This document shows, one piece after another, positions 57,798 to 64,000 of a stretch of 64,000 nucleotides of DNA; position 1 is the first letter of the stretch, and every line of letters starts with the position of its first letter. Below the pieces are notes generated by a model that was given only the letters and a program-made list of their open reading frames with translations, searched no databases and had not been told where the DNA came from. Source of the DNA: Candidatus Latescibacterota bacterium (lineage in GTDB: Bacteria; Latescibacterota; UBA2968; UBA8231); assembly GCA_965248265.1 (NCBI GenBank), contig CBDFJF010000001.1, forward strand, positions 1,376,001 through 1,440,000, in the 5' to 3' direction. The position numbers and the translations under genes were made by a program.

Positions 57798-59986
57798 CCG
57801 CCCTTTTCCATCATCGTTTCCATTATCTTGCCGGCCCGCTCCTGTGCAATCTGCTGCATCCGGTGCCTGCGGGCCGCGCGCTGATGGCTCTCAAACGCCG
57901 CCCTAGCCTGGTCCTTTTGCCCGGTCTTGAGATAGAGTTTTCCCAGCTCCTGGTGGACCTGGTAATCATCCGGAGCCAGACTGAGAATCGCCGAAAAGTG
58001 CTCGATGGCCGCCCCATATTGCCCCCTTCCCGCCTCCAACCTGGCCATGCTCCGCAACGCCGGTATAGACTGGGAATCCGCTACCAGCGCTGCTTTCAGG
58101 TAGCGCTCGGCCTCGGCTTCGTTACCTCCGCCCTCAACGAGCAGATCGGCCAGCTGGCACAACCCCTCGACATGATCGGGTTGCTGTTCGACCAACGTTC
58201 TGTACTCCCGTAGGGCCTCGGCATCATTCCCGTGAGCTTGATAGAGCTGGGCAAGCTGATGCCGCACCAGCAGGGAGTCCGGCTTGAGTTCCAGAACCCT
58301 GCGGTAGGCTGCTTCGGCTTTAGTGGGAGCATCACTCATCAGATAGGCATAGGCGAGACGTCCGTGCAGCGCCGCCCAGTCGCCGCGCCGCACAACAAGG
58401 TCCTCATAGAAATCGATGGCCCGCCGGTATTCGGTCTTCTTCAGGAACAGATCCGCCACAACCATGCTCACATCATCTCGATCCGGATGGTACTTCAGTA
58501 GCTGCCGACCGGCCGCAATGGCATCGTCATCCTGCCGCCGCGCCGCGTACATGCCGGTTAGCGCCATCAGCGCCTCCTCGTGGGCGGGATCGATCTTGAC
58601 GGCGCGCCGGTATTGGGCGAGCGCGTTGGCCTCCATCCCCCTCTCCTGGAAAGCAACGGCCATCCAGTAGTGTTGGTACGCATCGCCTGCTGAGTTCATG
58701 TCTCCCACCCCCCGGTTTGTCCCGAACAAGAGTAGAAGCAGGAGCACTCCCGCAAGCGCCAGCCGGGTACCGCGCTGACGAAAAAGGATCACGAGCCCGT
58801 GCGCGGCGAACAGCAGGAGGACCGGCACCACCGGCAGCCGATAGCGTGCGTTGACGAAAAACAGTATCACCGAGAAGGAGTACGTCGCACTGAAGAGCAG
58901 TAACAGAGCCCCGGCCGGACTTCGCCGCAAGGGCCCCACCAGGCAAGCACCCAGACCGAACAGGGCGAGGGGGGCAATCAAGCCAAAGGGAAAGGCCAGG
59001 CCGTACTTCCACAGCAATCCCTGCAGCAAGGAGGAGTCCTTACGGGCGTAGTACGGATCCAGGTTGTGGAGTATCTCGTCGCCGCGCCAGAACAGACGAG
59101 CCTTGTGCAGCAGCAAGCCGACATACCCCACTGGATCGGATGAGATGTAGGACCAGGACGAGCGGCCAGTGATGTCCGCATCGCTTTCGGGGCGATTGAC
59201 CAGCTCGTGCCATTCCCGACCCGGTCTGAAATCGATGCCGGCATCGGACGAGACCAGCACCCATTCACCGCCCACGATGCGGTTGCGCAGGGTCACCGGC
59301 GCCACCACCAGAGCGACTCCCAGGCAAAAGGCGGCCACTTGCACCAGGCGTCGGCGGCTCCCCGAATCCGCTGTCGGCAGAAAACGGAGAGCCCACAGGA
59401 GGACAACCGGGGCGAACAGGAATACATTCGCAACCAGCAGTCCCGAGCAGGCCAGCAGAAGGCCGGCCAGCAACCAACGGACTGCGCCGGGGCCTCGGGC
59501 CGCCCACAGCAAGGTGAGCAGCAACACTACATTGAGGCACACTGCCGGACCGACGGGCAGCAGCTCTCCCTCAAAATAGATGAAGGGGCCGTAGATCGCG
59601 GCCGTACAGGCCGCCAGCCAGCCTGTGGCCGGGGAGGAGAATGTCCTGTTTCCCAACCAGAAGAGCGACACACAGGTGATGGCACCCAGGACGGCCTGCA
59701 CGAAGCGCGGCAGGTAATAATCTTCGCCAAAGAGGGTGAAGAGCAGGCCGAGAAAGTAGGGGTACAGCGGCGGCGGCCAGAAGGGCTCCCCCGAATCACC
59801 TGCCCGAATTCCGCTCGCCAGACGCAGTCCCTCTTCCACGTAGGTCCTGGCATCGACCACCGGGGTGTCGAACAGAAGACTTTCAGACGTCTGAAGCAAA
59901 TAGAACAGCCGGATCGTCAGGGCGAGCCCGCCCACCAGCGCCAGCCCCGCCCCTGTGCTGCGCCATCGTATACTGCCGTCGGTCAA
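57791..59986 (-). CDS. GT-C (ArnT/PMT_2-like) membrane glycosyltransferase with C-terminal TPR repeats
   Basis: PVVDARTY, PPLYPYFL, FFVNARYRLP; many TM helices; about 7 TPR units. Confidence 0.8.
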   Translation of the reverse strand: MTDGSIRWRSTGAGLALVGGLALTIRLFYLLQTSESLLFDTPVVDARTYVEEGLRLASGIRAGDSGEPFWPPPLYPYFLGLLFTLFGEDYYLPRFVQAVLGAITCVSLFWLGNRTFSSPATGWLAACTAAIYGPFIYFEGELLPVGPAVCLNVVLLLTLLWAARGPGAVRWLLAGLLLACSGLLVANVFLFAPVVLLWALRFLPTADSGSRRRLVQVAAFCLGVALVVAPVTLRNRIVGGEWVLVSSDAGIDFRPGREWHELVNRPESDADITGRSSWSYISSDPVGYVGLLLHKARLFWRGDEILHNLDPYYARKDSSLLQGLLWKYGLAFPFGLIAPLALFGLGACLVGPLRRSPAGALLLLFSATYSFSVILFFVNARYRLPVVPVLLLFAAHGLVILFRQRGTRLALAGVLLLLLLFGTNRGVGDMNSAGDAYQHYWMAVAFQERGMEANALAQYRRAVKIDPAHEEALMALTGMYAARRQDDDAIAAGRQLLKYHPDRDDVSMVVADLFLKKTEYRRAIDFYEDLVVRRGDWAALHGRLAYAYLMSDAPTKAEAAYRRVLELKPDSLLVRHQLAQLYQAHGNDAEALREYRTLVEQQPDHVEGLCQLADLLVEGGGNEAEAERYLKAALVADSQSIPALRSMARLEAGRGQYGAAIEHFSAILSLAPDDYQVHQELGKLYLKTGQKDQARAAFESHQRAARRHRMQQIAQERAGKIMETMMEKGGQ

Positions 59987-62664
59987 TTGCCCAGGCCGGC
60001 GTACATGGTAATGAATCCCTCGGTGGTGGTATCGGAGTCCCGCTCGTTGAAATCTCTACGGTCTATCTTCATGCCTATCTGGGTCGTCAGCTCATAGCCC
60101 AGGTATGCGCTGACATTGGCAAATTGCACAGCCACCGCCTGGCCATTGAAATCGTTTGCGTCTTCACGGAAGTCGTTGGCCACGGTGTATTCGATCCCGG
60201 CTTGCACCGTGGTGCTGTTGAGCACGGGAAAGCTCAGCAGAAATCCGAAAATCTCCGTCAAGACCCGCTCCTTTTCCGTGGAGAGCAATCCTCTCGATTG
60301 CCAGCGCCACTCGCTCTTCCACCTCGGTTCCAGGGTGAGATTCCCGATCGGGTAGCGGTAGCTGGCCTTGTTGATGAGGCCGAAGAAAAAATCGGTGGCC
60401 CGCGCCAGGCCGAGGACTTCCCGCGTTTCCCTGTCCTTGCGCTGATGGTAGATGTCGTACTTCAGATGGTTGGCAATTTCCAGCATTCCCGGGCTGTAAT
60501 CATGGCCGAGCCAGAGCGAATTGATCCACGTATCGCGGGCGATCAGGGGATCCTCAACCTTCCTCTGCTGTCCGTCCTTCACGGTCACATCCGGAAACCA
60601 CTGGAGCAGGTCGTTGGGAATATCGTCTTGCGCCCGTTTGACCATCTCCATCATGCGAAATCGGCCCAATGTCGGTGTGTCCTGGTCTGCAGTGAAAAGA
60701 GCATAGGCCGTGTGGTTCTTCTGGTTGGAGGAGATCAGATCTTCGCGCAGATAGCCTACCGTAACCCGGGTTTGGGGGGTCAGGTGATAACCCACGTAGG
60801 CGTTGAATCCGCGGTGATCCTTCGCGTAGGGGTAGTCCGGCTCCTCGTCGTTTTCGAACCGGTCCACCCATTGGTTGTTGTTCATGTCGACACCGAACAG
60901 TTGTTCGGGACGATCGACGTTGTGCCTCAGAAAGGCCTCTTCGTAATCCGGGGTATCATTGGTGCGAAAGGTGTTATCATTCTGGTTGAAGTCGGGGACG
61001 AAGTCATTGTTCTCGTCCCACCCGGGAAATACCGTGCGGTCCCCCGGGCGCCAGTCTGCCCGGATTGTATCGGGAGCGCGGTCCTGGTCGTCGTTGTCTT
61101 CAACCAGCTCTAAGACATGCTGGCGTTCGTCTTCATAGTCGATGGATCCATCTGAATGCGTAACAAAGGTCCGGGTGGTGTAGAGCGGATCCATGCTGTA
61201 GGCCTCGCCGAAGAAGAACCAGGGGCCGGCGACCTTGCTGAGATTCATCATCCAGGCCGGTGCCGTCCGGCGCCCGGAGACGCCCGAGGAAGTCGAGTGC
61301 GACTTGCGGGTGATATTGGGGTACTGGCGATAGGTCAGACTCAGATCATACTCGCCGTAGAAATTGAAGCCGAGCACATTGTTCATTTCAACGGTGCCAC
61401 CGACGATCTGGTTGGCCGTGGGCAGGCCGTATTCAAACCTGAGCACCCGCAAATTGGTGTTGTCCTGTACATTGCCCTCGGCACGGGCGATCAGCAGCGG
61501 CACCGATCGCCCCGAGTCGTTAGTCTGGCGGTCGGAGCTCATCCAGACCTGGTAATCGTTGCCGATCGTCATGGCGAATTCAACCTTCTCGATTTCTTCC
61601 TTGGCTCCGCTGGAACGATTCACGAACGCGGGAGAGTCGAAATCGAAGAGGATGCGGATCTCTTCCGTGCCATCGGCCGAAAGAAATCCCTCCTGCACGA
61701 ACCCCCCCTGGATGAGCGGCTCGAAGCGGATGTCCCTTCCCTTGTCGGTCTCGCCATTGGTGTAGGTGATGAAGATGTCCAGGGCGTCCGGGAAGAAGGC
61801 GGCCCCGCCCTCCCCGTCTTCCGGGGAATCGTCCCTGAGCAGGATTTCGATAATGGAGACAGTCGAGTTCTGGTCGATGGTCAGAGCCCCCGCTACGGGG
61901 TTTCCCTTGAACCCGCTGACCAGGGTGTTCGACTGGTGGGTGTTTACGAAGTGGAGCCCGACGGTTGTGAAGTCCCCCACCTGAGCCGTGGCGCGTCCCC
62001 CCAGCAAGGTGGTGAGGTTGGTCCTGAGCAATTCCTGGTCGCGCGTGGTGGTACCCCCGGGACTGCTGATGCGCGAGTAGATCAACGTCCCCTGGTACTT
62101 ATCCATGGCGAAGTCGAACTGGGTTCCATCCCAGCGCGGCTTCGTGAAGGTCATGGGCGTCAGGGTTGTGCGGAGCGCGTTCGAGATGGTCAGGGCGTAG
62201 TGGTACTGACCTTTCTGATCGGAAGCAATAGCCACTCCCGAGAACCATTTGTCAAATTTTTCCGTCTTGGTCAGGGAACTGCCAAACTGACGAGGTTGGG
62301 TCTGGGTGTTGTCAAAGATCAACCAACCGCGAGTGACGAAATTTCCGAACAGGTCGTAGAAGTAGTCTCCTTCCAGGGAGGTGTCGACGTAGCGCTGGTA
62401 TCGGTTTCTGGCGTAGTTGCTATACTCCCATTGCCTCCACTTGTACTCATTGTAGAGTTCCTGTGGCACGTACCACTTCTTCACCGCCGGATCCAGGGCA
62501 CCGAACAAAACGCCCGGTCCGTACGGAGCAAAACTGACCCTTCCACCCCGCTGAGTGCCGAGGCGGGTTCCGTAATCCTGGGCGGCAACCCGGTCGACGA
62601 CCCCTGCACCCCCAAGACACGCGACACAAGCGGCGAGCAAGACAAACCCGTTTCTCGCTTTCAT
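59983..62664 (-). CDS. Large exported hypothetical protein, probable outer-membrane beta-barrel with Asp/Asn-rich Ca-binding-like loops
   Basis: Signal peptide; DNDDQDRAPD, DENNDFVPDFNQND, DMNNNQWVDRFEND; alternating beta-strand pattern toward the C-terminal FITMYAGL. Confidence 0.62.
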   Translation of the reverse strand: MKARNGFVLLAACVACLGGAGVVDRVAAQDYGTRLGTQRGGRVSFAPYGPGVLFGALDPAVKKWYVPQELYNEYKWRQWEYSNYARNRYQRYVDTSLEGDYFYDLFGNFVTRGWLIFDNTQTQPRQFGSSLTKTEKFDKWFSGVAIASDQKGQYHYALTISNALRTTLTPMTFTKPRWDGTQFDFAMDKYQGTLIYSRISSPGGTTTRDQELLRTNLTTLLGGRATAQVGDFTTVGLHFVNTHQSNTLVSGFKGNPVAGALTIDQNSTVSIIEILLRDDSPEDGEGGAAFFPDALDIFITYTNGETDKGRDIRFEPLIQGGFVQEGFLSADGTEEIRILFDFDSPAFVNRSSGAKEEIEKVEFAMTIGNDYQVWMSSDRQTNDSGRSVPLLIARAEGNVQDNTNLRVLRFEYGLPTANQIVGGTVEMNNVLGFNFYGEYDLSLTYRQYPNITRKSHSTSSGVSGRRTAPAWMMNLSKVAGPWFFFGEAYSMDPLYTTRTFVTHSDGSIDYEDERQHVLELVEDNDDQDRAPDTIRADWRPGDRTVFPGWDENNDFVPDFNQNDNTFRTNDTPDYEEAFLRHNVDRPEQLFGVDMNNNQWVDRFENDEEPDYPYAKDHRGFNAYVGYHLTPQTRVTVGYLREDLISSNQKNHTAYALFTADQDTPTLGRFRMMEMVKRAQDDIPNDLLQWFPDVTVKDGQQRKVEDPLIARDTWINSLWLGHDYSPGMLEIANHLKYDIYHQRKDRETREVLGLARATDFFFGLINKASYRYPIGNLTLEPRWKSEWRWQSRGLLSTEKERVLTEIFGFLLSFPVLNSTTVQAGIEYTVANDFREDANDFNGQAVAVQFANVSAYLGYELTTQIGMKIDRRDFNERDSDTTTEGFITMYAGLGN

Positions 62665-62707
62665 GATCCCTCACTTTGTACGACCTGCCACCCGGTCTGA
62701 TGGATAT

Positions 62708-64000
62708 TCAGTAGGCTACGGCCACGATTCGGGACAAGCTCAAATCATCTGCATCTGCATCCATGTGGAGCTGGCAGATATACAGTCCGGGCGGGACCTT
62801 CAGCCCGGACTGGTCGACCCCAGACCAACGCAGCGAGTGCGCGCCCCCGCGCACCAGGCTCGATCCTTCCCACACTCGGCGACCGTTCAGATCGTAGATC
62901 CGCAACCGCACCTGTCGGTCTGCTGTCACCTGGAACACCGAGAACTGGATGGTCAGTTCATCGTTGATGCCGTCGCCGTTGGGGGTGAAGGGATTGGGCG
63001 TCAACACCACGTCGTCGAGCACCTTGCCCCCCACGGGCACGCTGAGGGACAGGTCCTGTCCCTCGGCCAAGGCGGTGGCATTGCCGCCGTCTACCTGCTG
63101 CCACAGTGGTTCGCCCGCCGGCGTGAACTGGTCGGACTTGCGCACCTGCGCCCGCACGGTCGTTCCATTCAGAAACACCGTCGCCGCCACGCGCACGTGC
63201 ACCAGGCGGCCTTCTCCCCGGGTGGTGCCCCGCTGTGAGCGACTCAATCGGTTGTAATCCGCCTGGGTCAGTGAGTCACCCTGAACGGTGAAGGGGAATT
63301 CGGCTCCTGCGCCCAACAGCTTGCGGAAGTAGCGGATGGGGCCCTGCTCCTCGGGGGCCAGTTCGTCGTAGGCAAACTGATCGTCAACCTCGTCCAGGCG
63401 CACCTCACCAGCAGTGTCCGTGATCTGTCGGAAAAAGAGCGTCTGTCCGCGCTCATTATCGGACAAAAGCCCATAGGCTGCTTCAGACAACACCTCGCCG
63501 GCGTGGTCGACGACGACCTCGTCGCCATCGCCGGAAACGCGGTAGTAGCGTTTGGGCACCAGGTCGGCCTCAACGCTGTGCACCAGCTCCGGAATGCGAA
63601 ACATCACGGTGCCACCGCTACTCTCCAACAACTCGAGGGTATCGCCGGCCGCGCTGACAAAACCGCCGTCTATGGGTTCAAAGACCTGATCAGGCTGCTG
63701 CTGCGATAACTCGGCTTCTGTGCCGGTGCGCACCCCCACCAGACTCAGATCCAACTCGGCCGGTCCCTGCAGGAATACCTCGTCGAAGCCGGGGGTCCGA
63801 GAGGCAAAGGGAGCTTCGACAAAGGTCGAATGCAAATAGATATCAAAGGTGTCCCGCAATCCGGCTATGGCTTGCTGCGGCCAGATCTCGCCGATGAGGC
63901 GGCGGGCGACCGGATCGAACATGTCAACTTCGATCGAGCTCAGCGCCGCGGCCTGCTGGCGGTCCCGCGTGACGAATGTGGCCTGGATCTGCATAAACTG
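62708..64000 (-). CDS. Third FlgD-Ig/CHU_C-tailed paralog; 5' part lies outside the window
   Basis: Frame open to base 64000; GEIWP, GGNAT, PNPFTPNGDGIND...IYDLNG...PPGLY; ends AVAY. Confidence 0.8.
   Translation of the reverse strand, partial: QFMQIQATFVTRDRQQAAALSSIEVDMFDPVARRLIGEIWPQQAIAGLRDTFDIYLHSTFVEAPFASRTPGFDEVFLQGPAELDLSLVGVRTGTEAELSQQQPDQVFEPIDGGFVSAAGDTLELLESSGGTVMFRIPELVHSVEADLVPKRYYRVSGDGDEVVVDHAGEVLSEAAYGLLSDNERGQTLFFRQITDTAGEVRLDEVDDQFAYDELAPEEQGPIRYFRKLLGAGAEFPFTVQGDSLTQADYNRLSRSQRGTTRGEGRLVHVRVAATVFLNGTTVRAQVRKSDQFTPAGEPLWQQVDGGNATALAEGQDLSLSVPVGGKVLDDVVLTPNPFTPNGDGINDELTIQFSVFQVTADRQVRLRIYDLNGRRVWEGSSLVRGGAHSLRWSGVDQSGLKVPPGLYICQLHMDADADDLSLSRIVAVAY

Noticed and set aside
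1-64000. Many long antisense or alternate-frame ORFs (e.g. 10832-11785+, 13482-14441+, 20881-21852-, 46393-47811+, 61156-62700+)
   Set aside because: They lie entirely over better-supported genes, have no recognisable motifs, and are expected shadows in high-GC coding DNA.

Overview
GC-rich bacterial window. The FlgD-Ig/CHU_C-type C-terminal domains, a 'TWxxIK' tail, CRTAC1 proteins and many BNR proteins suggest an FCB-group organism such as Latescibacterota; this is inference only. There are five blocks. (1) 1-7846: a signalling locus with four paralogous STAND-like P-loop NTPase domains, fused respectively to a sigma54 activator, to a transmembrane PEGA-repeat receptor, to nothing but a MinD-like membrane-targeting tail, and to a PP2C phosphatase. 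A perfect sigma54 -24/-12 promoter and two candidate enhancer dyads lie between the activator and the other genes. This is the best candidate for an undescribed system. (2) 7928-38074: a carbohydrate/amino-sugar island with expanded paralog families (4 TIM-barrel GH-like proteins, several BNR/beta-propeller proteins, 2 GHL10-like, 2 further secreted TIM-barrel proteins), plus DegT and class IV aminotransferases, PTE, AAC(3), GNATs and Gfo/Idh/MocA. It also holds an intact IS630 with a -1 frameshift next to a gene remnant. (3) 38071-44654: two CRTAC1/ASPIC-UnbV lipoproteins, a TPR lipoprotein and an MFS transporter. (4) 44664-52493: hcnC plus a fused hcnAB-like gene, a GT-C glycosyltransferase, a hypothetical protein and an HpcH aldolase. 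(5) 52519-64000: a surface-protein cluster with a CBM9-like protein, three FlgD-Ig/CHU_C-tailed paralogs, a GT-C+TPR protein and a large Asp-rich putative outer-membrane protein. I saw no rRNA, tRNA or CRISPR array. All family calls come from motif recognition by eye, not from database searches.
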